Below, one piece after another: positions 33,386 through 42,927 of a DNA stretch of 64,000 nucleotides. The stretch spans positions 477 to 64,476 of the forward strand of contig BPJM01000005.1 of assembly GCA_026004615.1 (NCBI GenBank), in the 5' to 3' direction. The notes beneath the pieces were generated by a model. The model was given only the letters and a program-made list of their open reading frames with translations. It did no database searches and was not told where the DNA came from. Each line of letters starts with the position of its first letter. Positions within the stretch are counted from its first letter, which is position 1. The translations under genes were made by a program, and so were the position numbers. The DNA comes from Planctomycetota bacterium (lineage in GTDB: Bacteria; Planctomycetota; J058; J103).

Positions 33386-36106
33386 TCAGCGAGCAGGCGC
33401 GTGCGGGGACACCCGGCCACCGAGCAGCGTGAACAGCAGCACGCACAGGCACAGCGCCGCCAGCACGGGCACCAGCGGGTTGGCGCGCAGGAAACTGAGC
33501 AGCTTCTCGCGGCGGAACAGCTCCGGCGCCCAGCTCGCGGCCGCCCGGTACTGTTCGAAGGCCAGCCGCCAGTCGCCCGCGGCCATGGCCTCGGCGCCGC
33601 GCGCGCCATGGATGGCGGCGAGGCTCTGCGCCACCTGGGCCTCCAGGTTGGCATCCAGCGCGCGCGCCGCGTAGAGAAAACGGATCGCATCCTCCAGCGG
33701 CCGGCCCTCGCGCACCACCCGGTAGTCCCCGGTGGGCGCCAGGCGCTGCACCATGCTGGAGTGGACCCAGCCCTGCAGGCCGGCGGCGTCGACGACCTGC
33801 AGCCACGGCCCGACGGAACCACCACCCGGATGCGGCGCCAGGAGCTCGCCGGGCACCAGTGAGCGCGCGCTGCCGTACGCCTCACCCGGGCCGCGGCGCA
33901 GCAGTGGCTGCTCGCGCAGCTCCAGCCCGATAGTGTAGCACAGGCGCGCGAGCTGCCGGCGCAACTCTCCGTGCTCGGGTGCCAGGAAATACGCCCGCAG
34001 CAGCGCTCCGACCTTCCAGCGCCGCGCCTCCACTCGCGGCGGCGGGCTGTCCGCTGCCTCCAGCCAGCGCACGGCCAGGCGTTCCGCCTGATCCTGCAGG
34101 CGGCGCCGCGTTTCGGCCAGGCTCTGGAGCGCGTTCTGGGCCCAGGCGAGGTGTGTGCGGATCTCATCTGCCGTGCGGCCCCGCTGGTGGCTCACGATCT
34201 TGCCGAGGAGCTGGCGCCGGCGCTCCTGCTCGGGCAAGGCCGGCAGCACGGCGTCGAAGAAGTGGGAGTCGGCCTTCGGCAGCTCGAGCGCCTGGGCCAG
34301 CTCGAGCAGGGTGCCCGGGTGCACCTCCTCCAGCGCCAGCAGGACCTGCTGCGCCGCGCCAGGCTGCTCGTCCCGGAGCGCGTTCGCCAGCCACTGGACC
34401 GCCTGCAGTCGCCGCGCCTGGAAGACGGCGCGTGCCGCGAGCTGGACCTCGCGGTCGGGGTGCTGTGTGAGCGGCAGCGCGGCGCGAAAGGCGATCTCCG
34501 CCTCCGGGCGCAGCAGCTCCAGCAGCTCGAGCGCGCGCACAAGCTGCGTCTCGGTCCGCATCGCGCGCGGACTCGTGGCGCCGGCCGCGTCCGGCACCGC
34601 GATCGCTGCGGCGGGCTTCGCCAGCACGCCGAGCAGGTAGTCCTGCGCCTGGCGTCCGAACTGCGCGAACGCCTCCGCCAGCGGGCGGCTCGTCCCCGCT
34701 GCCCCCAGGCAGTAGTGGTAGAACAGCAGCGGCAGGTAGCTGGCGTTGCCGCTCTCGACCATGGCGGCCAGCGCCGCCCGGCGGAGCGACTGCTCGCCCC
34801 GCTCGTATGCCTGGACCAGCGCTGGCACGGCCCGCTCGTCCCCGAAGGGGACGAACTGCTCGGGCGCGTAGATCGGCTCGATCACGAGGTCCTGCGGTTG
34901 CAACAGACGGGTGCGCCAGCTCCAGGCGACCGGGGTCTCGGGCAGCATCGGCGGCAGTGTCAGCTGCTCGCTCTTTGCCTGCATGCCCACCTCGACCACC
35001 GTGGGCCGTCCCTCCAGCAGGACCGCGCGATGGTAGCTGCCCTGGTACGTGAACTGTCTTCCCAGCCGTGCCAGGCGCTCGAAGTCCTCGCCGTCGGCGG
35101 TCAGCTGAGCCCGGATGCGGACCAGCTGGTCAGGTTCGACCAGCAACTCTCCCCGGGCTGTCACGCGCAGCCGCGCTCCCACGAGCAGGTGCCCCGGGCG
35201 CCGGTGCACCGCTGTCCCGGTCACGACCCAGAGCTGTGCGGCCGGGTCCAGGCTGCCCTGGCCCACCTCCACCGCCACGGACAGCAACACCGGCTGGAGC
35301 GGGCGAGCGTCCCCGGGAGCGGTCGCGGGCCCGGCGAGCGCCCGGGGGTCGATTGCCTGGAGGCGGCGGATCTCGGCGCGCGGGATGGTGACGCTCCGCT
35401 CCTCGGCGGTCCGGAGCACGACCGCCTGCTCGGTCACCCGCTCGACGTAGCCGCGCACCCCGTCGATCTCGAGCGCTGCACCGACCTTCAACAGCTCGGC
35501 GAAAGCCTGCCCGGACGCCGGCTCCCCTTCCGTGCCCCCGCGCTCCGCGTCGCGTTCGAGCACTTCATACGCGCGGATATCCCCCAGTCCGAGCACGACC
35601 ACCCCCGCGCTGCGCCCCTCTGGATCGAGCAGGTACAGGTCCGGCGGATCGTAGCGCTGCAGCCGCCAGCGCACCGGGCCGCTGCCGCGGTCCACGACGA
35701 CCAGCGCTCCGGGCGGCGTCGCACGGATGCGGCGGTCCATCTCCACCGCCAGGGGCGAGGAGAGGGCGGCGTTGCCGGGGGCCGGCTCTGTTCCGCTCTG
35801 CTGGCCGAGCTGCACCTGCACCACGCGCTCGTGTTCGTCCAGCAGCAGCCGCACCGAGCGGCCGCGGGGCAGCAGCTCCGCGCGGTGCAGGCGCTGCAGT
35901 TCGGCGAGTGCCTCCGGGCTCAGCTCGAAGCTACGACCGCCGCGCAGCATAACGACCGGCCGCTCGCCTGGCTGGCGGGGGACGACGTGGAAGTCGTACT
36001 GGCCTTCGACCGCGGAGGGCGGTGGCTCGTCCTGGGCGAGGGCCGGGGACGCGCTACAGGTCAAGATCAAAAACGCCAGTAGGATGCGGAGCATACCGTA
36101 GAGCAT
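33386..36106 (-). CDS. Large exported protein with HEAT-like repeats, an SH3b-like domain and a C-terminal membrane anchor
   Basis: Signal peptide (…SASPALA-QD); 'LRRGPGEAY...GPWLQVVDAAGLQGWVHSSMV' resembles bacterial SH3; C-terminal TM. Start may be ATG 36094. Confidence 0.7.
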   Translation of the reverse strand: MLYGMLRILLAFLILTCSASPALAQDEPPPSAVEGQYDFHVVPRQPGERPVVMLRGGRSFELSPEALAELQRLHRAELLPRGRSVRLLLDEHERVVQVQLGQQSGTEPAPGNAALSSPLAVEMDRRIRATPPGALVVVDRGSGPVRWRLQRYDPPDLYLLDPEGRSAGVVVLGLGDIRAYEVLERDAERGGTEGEPASGQAFAELLKVGAALEIDGVRGYVERVTEQAVVLRTAEERSVTIPRAEIRRLQAIDPRALAGPATAPGDARPLQPVLLSVAVEVGQGSLDPAAQLWVVTGTAVHRRPGHLLVGARLRVTARGELLVEPDQLVRIRAQLTADGEDFERLARLGRQFTYQGSYHRAVLLEGRPTVVEVGMQAKSEQLTLPPMLPETPVAWSWRTRLLQPQDLVIEPIYAPEQFVPFGDERAVPALVQAYERGEQSLRRAALAAMVESGNASYLPLLFYHYCLGAAGTSRPLAEAFAQFGRQAQDYLLGVLAKPAAAIAVPDAAGATSPRAMRTETQLVRALELLELLRPEAEIAFRAALPLTQHPDREVQLAARAVFQARRLQAVQWLANALRDEQPGAAQQVLLALEEVHPGTLLELAQALELPKADSHFFDAVLPALPEQERRRQLLGKIVSHQRGRTADEIRTHLAWAQNALQSLAETRRRLQDQAERLAVRWLEAADSPPPRVEARRWKVGALLRAYFLAPEHGELRRQLARLCYTIGLELREQPLLRRGPGEAYGSARSLVPGELLAPHPGGGSVGPWLQVVDAAGLQGWVHSSMVQRLAPTGDYRVVREGRPLEDAIRFLYAARALDANLEAQVAQSLAAIHGARGAEAMAAGDWRLAFEQYRAAASWAPELFRREKLLSFLRANPLVPVLAALCLCVLLFTLLGGRVSPHAPAR

Positions 36107-36228
36107 TCAAGCACCCCGCACCGGCACTGTCAACGCGCGCCCAGGCGCGCCGGCTCCGTCCCCTGGCGGCGGAGGACAGCACGGCCTATCATGGCGGTGA
36201 GACGGCTCCACGGAGGGCCCCGAGCCCC

Positions 36229-37932
36229 ATGTCCATCTCGAAACTGCTGTTCGGCGAGATCGCGCTCAAGAAGAAGCTGGTCACCAAGGACCAGGTCGAG
36301 GAGTGCCTCGAGATCCAGAAGCGCCTCAAGGAGATGGGCATCAACAAGACGCTCGGCGCCATCATGCACGACAAGAAGTACCTCTCGATGGTGGAGATCA
36401 AGGAGATCCTTCGTGAGATGACCGGCACGAAGGACTGGAACGCCATCGAGGGCTACGAGATCCTCGGCAAGCTCGGCAAGGGCGGCATGGGCAGCGTGTA
36501 CAAGGCGCGCCATACCCGGCTGGACAAGCTGGTCGCGCTCAAGGTGTTGCCGCCGGAGCTGGCGGGCGACCAGGAGTACCTCGACCGGTTCATGCGCGAG
36601 GCCCACGCCGCCGCCAAGCTCAATCACCCCCACATCGTGCAGGCGCTCGATGTCGGCGAGAGCTACGGCTACCACTACTTCGTCATGGAGTACGTCGAGG
36701 GCCGCACGGTCAAGGAGATGATCGACGAGCAGGGCACGCTCGACGAGCTGACCTCGCTCCGCATCATCGCCCAGATGGCCGAGGCGCTGGAGCATGCGTG
36801 GCGCAACGAGATCGTGCACCGCGACATCAAGCCCTCGAACATCATCGTCACCCGGGCCGGGGTGGCCAAGCTGTGCGACCTGGGGCTGGCGAAGACGGTC
36901 GACGATGATTCCACGATCACCCAGACCGGCGTGATCATGGGGACCCCGTTCTACCTCTCGCCCGAGCAGGCACGCAGCGAACCGCTCGACTGCCGGAGCG
37001 ACATCTACTCGCTCGGAGTCACCCTGTTCCACATGGTGACGGGCCAGGTGCCTTTCACCGGCAACTCCGCGGCGACGATCCTGTACAAGCACATCTTCCT
37101 CGACCCGCCCAACCCCAAGAGCCTCAACCCGTCGCTGAGCGACGGGACGGTGAAGTTGCTGCGCCGCATGCTCGCCAAGCGCAAGGAGGACCGGTTCGCG
37201 GACCCGACCGAGCTGCTCGCTGCGGTGCGCGAGGTGATCGCACAGCTCCGTCCCGAGGCGGTCACCGAGCAGGTGCGCGGCGACGCCGAAGCGCACGGAG
37301 CGCTGCTCGCTTCCCGCGCGGAGGCGAGCGGAGCCAGCAGCGGTGCGCTCGCCCGCACCGTCGATCTCACCTCGCCCCACCCCTCGGTGGCGGCGGCGGA
37401 GGCGGGAGCGCCGCCAGGGCAGGGCAGCGCGGCGGTGACGGTGGGCGGGCGCTGGTCGCGCAGTCGCCTGGTGGCGGCGAGTTTTGCCACGCTGGGGCTG
37501 GCCGCCACCACCGCCCTGCTCGCCGCCAATGTGCTGCTTCCGGTCGAGCGCCCGGCCGCCGAGGCAGCCCTCGACCCCGTCGCCCTTCTCATGCCCCTGG
37601 ACCGGCCGCGGCCCGAGGTGGAGGCGGCACTGCGGCGCGGACAGGAGCTGCTGCAGGCACATCGCTATGCCGAGGCCCTGGCGGTGATCGATCAGCTGCC
37701 GGCCGAGCCGCCGCTCGAACCGGCGGAGCTGGGGGCCGTGCTCCGGCTGCGCGAGCAGGTGCTCCTGGCGGCCATGAGGCGGCCCGAGGAGCTTCGCCGG
37801 CGCCACGAAGCCGGCGAGGACGTGCTGGCCGAGGTGCGCGCCCTGGGGTTGTCGGCGCTGGCCGACGAGCTGCGCAGGCACGAGGAGTGGCTGGGGCGCC
37901 AGCGCCCGCCCGCCCCCATGCCCGAGCGCTGA
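36229..37932 (+). CDS. Transmembrane Ser/Thr protein kinase
   Basis: GKGGMGSVY, VALK, HRDIKPSN, DLGLAK, GTPFYLSPEQ, SDIYSLG; one TM. Confidence 0.95.
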   Translation: MSISKLLFGEIALKKKLVTKDQVEECLEIQKRLKEMGINKTLGAIMHDKKYLSMVEIKEILREMTGTKDWNAIEGYEILGKLGKGGMGSVYKARHTRLDKLVALKVLPPELAGDQEYLDRFMREAHAAAKLNHPHIVQALDVGESYGYHYFVMEYVEGRTVKEMIDEQGTLDELTSLRIIAQMAEALEHAWRNEIVHRDIKPSNIIVTRAGVAKLCDLGLAKTVDDDSTITQTGVIMGTPFYLSPEQARSEPLDCRSDIYSLGVTLFHMVTGQVPFTGNSAATILYKHIFLDPPNPKSLNPSLSDGTVKLLRRMLAKRKEDRFADPTELLAAVREVIAQLRPEAVTEQVRGDAEAHGALLASRAEASGASSGALARTVDLTSPHPSVAAAEAGAPPGQGSAAVTVGGRWSRSRLVAASFATLGLAATTALLAANVLLPVERPAAEAALDPVALLMPLDRPRPEVEAALRRGQELLQAHRYAEALAVIDQLPAEPPLEPAELGAVLRLREQVLLAAMRRPEELRRRHEAGEDVLAEVRALGLSALADELRRHEEWLGRQRPPAPMPER

Positions 37933-37944
37933 GCGCGCCCGGAC

Positions 37945-40386
37945 CTAGCGGTTGGCGCGCCGCTCGATCGCCTCGATCGCCTGCTTGAGCTTGTTCTTGA
38001 TGTAGTGGTGGGCCTCGCGCTCGTAGGCCGCCTGGAGCATGGGCAGGTCGCTGGTCTCGCCCACCCGCGCCAGGTACCTCGCAGCCTCGGCACGATTGTT
38101 GAGCCGATCGTCGCGTTGCAGCACGTCGGTGAAGAACGCCATCGCCTCGCGGCCCGCCTTGCCAGCCAGAGCCCGGATGGCGGTCGAGCGCACGGAGGCA
38201 TTCTGCTCCTGGCGCGCCAGGTCGGCCAGAAATGCGGTATCCTGGGGGCCCGCCGCCTTGCCCTCCAGCGCGCGGATCGCCTCTATACGCGCATTCGGAT
38301 CGGAATCGCCGCGCGCGATGTCCTGCAACGCCGCCACGCCCGCACCGCCCTCGGCCGAGCCCAGGGCGCGGATGAGGTACTTCTTGATGCGTGCGTCCTG
38401 CTCGCTCCTGGCCAGCGCCTCTAGCTCGGCGACGTCCTCGGGCCGGTCGAGCTTCTGCAGCATGAACAGCAGGCGCAGCTTCTCGCCCGCATCCTGCGTG
38501 GTGCGGATCGCATCGATGAGGTCGCGCGTGCTCGCGCGCCCCTCGATCGCGCGCAGCACGTAGCCGAGCGAGACCTTGACGTTGAACTGGCGTTCGTTGT
38601 CGTAGGCCTGTTTGAGCGCATCGGCGATCTCGCGGCCGCGAGCGACCAGCGCCTGCTCTTCACGGCGGATCGCTTCCTGGTCGCGCGCACGGTGGGCGCG
38701 CCGCAATCCCTCCAGGAGGTCCCCCGGCACCGGTTCGGCCTCGCTGTCTTCCTGGGGCGCCGCCTCCGGGTCGGGTTCTGCCGCCGCGCCGAGCGCGGGC
38801 TGCGCCGCCGGCGCGGCGGCCGCCCGCACCGGCGGGGCGGGCGCCGCTGCAGCGGCCGGCGGCGCCGGCGCCCGGGATGGCTGCTCGGCACGGCGCAGGC
38901 TCTGGACGGACAGCGGCTCGACGGGCCGGAACGCCGCCGGCGGCACGGGTGCGGCGATCCGCGTGCTGCTCGCCCGCAGCGGCTGGATGTCGTCCGCGCC
39001 GATGAGCTTGTACACCATGTACACGCACGCGATGAGCACGACCCCGGCTGCGGCGTATCCGAACCACTCGCGCCGCCGCGCCCAGCGCCCGCCGAGCGGC
39101 GCCACCGGTTGCGCGGCGAAGGGGCCCGCAGCAAGCGCGGCGGTCGCCTCGCTCTGCGGCTCGCCGCCGCTGGCGGCGGGGGCGGCTGCGGCCGCGCCGC
39201 CCCCGCCCGCACCTGCAAGGGCCACCGCCGGCCGAATCCCGCTCTGCACCGCGGCCTCGGCAGCGCTCTCCTCGGCGGCCGGGGCGGTCAGCAGCGCCGC
39301 GAGCGCCGGCCGCTCGGCCCGCGCCTCGGCCAACAGCCGTGCGTAGGCCTTCGCCTTGCCGCGCAGCACGCGATCCATCTCCTCGAAGTCGCGCCGCACC
39401 GCCTCGAGCTTCTCCAGCAGCCCCGCGACGCGCCGATCGGCTACCTCCTCGGTCTGGCGCAGCTGCTCGCGCAGCCGCGCGATCTCCTCGTCGCGCTGGC
39501 GCAGCAGCTGCTCGGTTTCGGCGTACCGCTTGGCGAAGCTGTGGATGCGCTCCTTGGCCCGCTCGAGCTGTTCGACGAAGGACTCGGTGGCCAGGCTCAG
39601 CCCGTCGCGCTTGCGTCGCAGCTCCTGCTCCAGCTCCTGCAGGCGCGCGCGCAGATCGACGTTCTCCTCGCGCTCGCGCTCCAGCTCCGCGCGCAGGCGA
39701 TCCAGCTCGGCAGCACTCCCTGCCGCCTCGAGGGGGGGCGGGGCCGGAGCGGGGGCGGCAGCCGGCTCGTCCGCCTGCTCGGGCGCGGCGGCAGCCTCCA
39801 CGCCCGCCGTCGCAGCCATGGGGTCGATGCCCGCGGGCGGCGAAAGGGGCGGAGCGGCAGGCGCTGCCGCCGGCGCGCTCGCCCCCTGCGGCGCCGCTGG
39901 CGGCGCGGAGCCGCTGCGCGCGAGCAGCGCCTGCACGGCCGTTGCGGCGTCGGAGCCCTCTTGCGCGGCCGCAGCGCCTGTCGCCGCCGCCGCCCCGGCT
40001 GGCTCTTGTCCCGCCGCGGCACCTGCCGGCGCGGCCTGCAGCGGTACGGACCCGGCCTGGGCGGCGAAGACAAGCTCCACCTGGCCGATGCGGATGCGAT
40101 CCCCATCGCTGAGCGCCTTGTGCAGGACGCGGCGATCGTTCACCTCCACGCCGCCCCGGCTCTGCAGGTCCTCCACCCAGTACCGCCCGCCGCGGTGGTA
40201 CACCCGGGCGTGGCTCCACTCGACACCGGGGTCCGTGCAGGTGAGCCCGGAGGCCTCATCGCTGCCGATGATCACGCTGCCGTCGCCGAGTCGGACGGAG
40301 TGCCCGCGGCGACTACCGGAGACGACGTGGAGCGCTGCCATGGCTCGCTCGGTCCTCGCCCTGGGGCTCGCGGTGGCCTCGGTCAC
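37945..40386 (-). CDS. FHA-like + coiled-coil + TM + HEAT-repeat protein
   Basis: N-terminal FHA fold (LHVVSG...IIGSD...HARV...VEDLQS..GVEVN...LSDGDRIRIG), long coiled coil, TM, C-terminal HEAT repeats (VRSTAIRALA). Start is GTG 40386 or ATG 40341. Confidence 0.8.
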   Translation of the reverse strand: MTEATASPRARTERAMAALHVVSGSRRGHSVRLGDGSVIIGSDEASGLTCTDPGVEWSHARVYHRGGRYWVEDLQSRGGVEVNDRRVLHKALSDGDRIRIGQVELVFAAQAGSVPLQAAPAGAAAGQEPAGAAAATGAAAAQEGSDAATAVQALLARSGSAPPAAPQGASAPAAAPAAPPLSPPAGIDPMAATAGVEAAAAPEQADEPAAAPAPAPPPLEAAGSAAELDRLRAELEREREENVDLRARLQELEQELRRKRDGLSLATESFVEQLERAKERIHSFAKRYAETEQLLRQRDEEIARLREQLRQTEEVADRRVAGLLEKLEAVRRDFEEMDRVLRGKAKAYARLLAEARAERPALAALLTAPAAEESAAEAAVQSGIRPAVALAGAGGGGAAAAAPAASGGEPQSEATAALAAGPFAAQPVAPLGGRWARRREWFGYAAAGVVLIACVYMVYKLIGADDIQPLRASSTRIAAPVPPAAFRPVEPLSVQSLRRAEQPSRAPAPPAAAAAPAPPVRAAAAPAAQPALGAAAEPDPEAAPQEDSEAEPVPGDLLEGLRRAHRARDQEAIRREEQALVARGREIADALKQAYDNERQFNVKVSLGYVLRAIEGRASTRDLIDAIRTTQDAGEKLRLLFMLQKLDRPEDVAELEALARSEQDARIKKYLIRALGSAEGGAGVAALQDIARGDSDPNARIEAIRALEGKAAGPQDTAFLADLARQEQNASVRSTAIRALAGKAGREAMAFFTDVLQRDDRLNNRAEAARYLARVGETSDLPMLQAAYEREAHHYIKNKLKQAIEAIERRANR

Positions 40387-40587
40387 GGTCGAACTGCCCC
40401 CTTCATCATCCTGATCCGACCCGCCCGAACACGGGGCGCGCCGGCAGCACGCCGGGCCAACCCGCGGGCGGCACCGGCCCCGAGTGTGCACCGGTTGGGA
40501 CGCCCCGGGCGCGCACCGGGTTCAGCGGCCGGCACCGGGCATGCTTGCGCCGGCGGCTGGCCTGCCCTGGCCGCAGGTGGCGCAGTG

Positions 40588-41184
40588 CTAGCGCAACCGG
40601 GGCGCCAGCTGCCGGAACAGCGGGGTGCCCGCCCGCTTCATGACCTGAAACGCTACGGTCTCCGATGAGGTGACGATCGCCCCTGCCGCCCGGAGCATGT
40701 CCAGGGCCGCCTCCTGGTCGCGCCGCTCGCGCGACAGCACCCCGTCCCAGGGCACGAACACCCGCCGTCCCGCCCCGAGCAGATCGAGCGCCGTCTCCAG
40801 CACGCAGATGTGCGCCTCCATACCGCACAGCACCGCGGCCTCCGCCTCGCCGAGCGCCTGCCCGAAGCCGTCGGCGGCGCAGGCGCTGAAGCAGAGCTTC
40901 TCCAGCCGCTGGCAGGCGCGTGCGCCCTCCAGCTCCGCGCGCAGCTCCGGCACCGTCGGCCCCAGGCCCTGCGGGTACTGTTCGGTCAGTACGATCGGCC
41001 ATTCGACCGCGCGCGCCAGCGCCACCAGATTGGTCACCGCCTTGAGGAAGCGCGGGCGCCGGGCCGCTTCCATGGCGGCGAACAGCCGCTCCTGCACGTC
41101 GATGACGATCAGCGCGGTGCCCGGACCATCGGGCCGCAGCGCCTCCACCTCCAGGGGCAGTGCTCGTTCGCCCACTTCCCTCAC
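40588..41184 (-). CDS. Isochorismatase-family hydrolase (YcaC/ISOC-like)
   Basis: LIVIDVQERL, TEQYPQGLGPTV, EKLCFSA, GMEAHICVLET. Confidence 0.92.
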   Translation of the reverse strand: MREVGERALPLEVEALRPDGPGTALIVIDVQERLFAAMEAARRPRFLKAVTNLVALARAVEWPIVLTEQYPQGLGPTVPELRAELEGARACQRLEKLCFSACAADGFGQALGEAEAAVLCGMEAHICVLETALDLLGAGRRVFVPWDGVLSRERRDQEAALDMLRAAGAIVTSSETVAFQVMKRAGTPLFRQLAPRLR

Positions 41185-41295
41185 CGGTCGTCCTCCGCCG
41201 AACCGCTCTGGCCTCGAGCCTGCCAGTATAGCAGGTAGCTCCTCCGCTGGCGGGGCTGCCGCGCTGCCGCGGGCGTGCAGGTGCCGGACGCGGCG

Positions 41296-41323
41296 TTGCC
41301 CTCGCCCGGCGGGCCGCTAAGAT
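41296..41323 (+). promoter_or_regulatory. Putative proS promoter TTGCCC-N16-TAAGAT
   Basis: Hexamers about 33 nt upstream of ATG 41356. Confidence 0.45.
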
Positions 41324-41355
41324 GGCGCTCTTGCAAGCGGAGGACGAACGGACGC

Positions 41356-42840
41356 ATGGCGAAGGACAGACGGGCCGGCATCACACCCCGGGCGGAGGAC
41401 TACGCGCGCTGGTACCTGGAGGTCGTCCAGCGCGCCGAGCTGGCGGACTACGCGCCGGTCAAGGGCTGCATGGTCATCAAGCCCTACGGGTATGCGATCT
41501 GGGAGGCGATCCAGCGCACGCTCGACGGCATGATCAAGGAGACCGGGCACGTCAATGCCTATTTCCCGTTGCTGATCCCGGTCTCCTTCCTGCAGAAGGA
41601 GGCGGAGCACGTCGAGGGCTTCGCCATGGAGTGCGCAGTCGTCACCCACAGCGGGCTCTACAAGGATGAGGACGGGCGGCTGCGCGCGCGCGGCGAGCTG
41701 GAAGAGCCGCTGATCGTGCGCCCGACCTCGGAGACGATCATCTGGCACACCGTGCGCAACTGGATCCAGTCCTGGCGCGACCTGCCGCTGCTGCTCAACC
41801 AGTGGGCGAACGTCATGCGCTGGGAGATGCGGCCGCGGTTGTTTTTGCGCACGCTCGAGTTCCTCTGGCAGGAGGGGCACACCGCCCACGCCACCCACCA
41901 GGAGGCGCGCGAGGAGACCCTGCGCATGCTCGGGGTGTACCGGCGGCTGTTGGAGGAACACTTCGCCATCCACGTGGTGGCCGGTCGCAAGAGCGAGGCC
42001 GAGAAGTTCCCCGGCGCGCTCTCCACCTTCACCGTCGAGGCGATGATGCAGGACGGGCGCGCCCTGCAGGCCGGTACCTCGCACGATCTGGGCCAGAACT
42101 TCAGCCGGGCCTTCGAGGTCACCTTTCAGGACCGGGACGGCACGCTCCAGCACGTCTGGACCACCTCGTGGGGTGTGTCCACGCGTCTGGTCGGCGCGCT
42201 GGTCATGGCGCACGGCGATGACAGCGGCCTGGTGTTGCCGCCGCGGCTGGCACCCGTCCAGGTGGTGGTGGTCCCGTTCCTGCGCCGGCCGGAAGACCGG
42301 GCACGGGTGGAGCCGGCGCTCGCGCGCCTGGTCGACGGGCTGCGCGCCCAGGGTGTGCGGCTGCACGTGGACGCGCGCGATCACGTCTCGCCCGGCGCCA
42401 AGTTCTACGAGTGGGAGGGCAAGGGGGTACCGCTGCGGGTCGAGCTCGGCCCGCGCGAGGTGGAGCGGGGCGAGGTGGTCGAGGTCCGGCGGTACGACGG
42501 CCGCCGGCGCGCGCTGTCGCTGGAGGCGTTCGTGCAGGGTGTCGTGCCGGCCCTGGAGGAGATCCAGCGCGACCTGCTGGTGCGGCACCGGGCGTTCACC
42601 GAGGCGCGGCTCCACCGGTGCCAGAGCTACGCCGAGCTGCAGGATGTCATCGAAGGAGATCGAGGGTGGGTTCTGGCATGGTGGTGCGGGGGGGCGCCGT
42701 GCGAGGCGCGCGTCAAGGAGCAGACCAAGGCCACGATCCGGTGCATCCCGCTGGAGGGCGAGATGCCAGGCGCGGCCGCGCGCTGTATCGTATGTGGCGA
42801 AGGGGCTGCCGAGCGCGTCGTGTTCGCCAGGGCCTATTGA
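41356..42840 (+). CDS. proS: Proline--tRNA ligase, eukaryote/archaea-like type
   Basis: VRPTSET, QWANVMRWE.RPRLFLRTLEFLWQEGHT, LQAGTSH.LGQNF, SWGVSTR, C-terminal ATIRCIP...C..CG...FARAY. Confidence 0.97.
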   Translation: MAKDRRAGITPRAEDYARWYLEVVQRAELADYAPVKGCMVIKPYGYAIWEAIQRTLDGMIKETGHVNAYFPLLIPVSFLQKEAEHVEGFAMECAVVTHSGLYKDEDGRLRARGELEEPLIVRPTSETIIWHTVRNWIQSWRDLPLLLNQWANVMRWEMRPRLFLRTLEFLWQEGHTAHATHQEAREETLRMLGVYRRLLEEHFAIHVVAGRKSEAEKFPGALSTFTVEAMMQDGRALQAGTSHDLGQNFSRAFEVTFQDRDGTLQHVWTTSWGVSTRLVGALVMAHGDDSGLVLPPRLAPVQVVVVPFLRRPEDRARVEPALARLVDGLRAQGVRLHVDARDHVSPGAKFYEWEGKGVPLRVELGPREVERGEVVEVRRYDGRRRALSLEAFVQGVVPALEEIQRDLLVRHRAFTEARLHRCQSYAELQDVIEGDRGWVLAWWCGGAPCEARVKEQTKATIRCIPLEGEMPGAAARCIVCGEGAAERVVFARAY

Positions 42841-42927
42841 GCGGCGCGCCCTGCTGCCCGGGCCGCAGCTGGCCGGTGGCCGGGCCCGGGCGGGCAGCCC
42901 CAGGCGGGCAGGGCGAGGAGACAGGCG

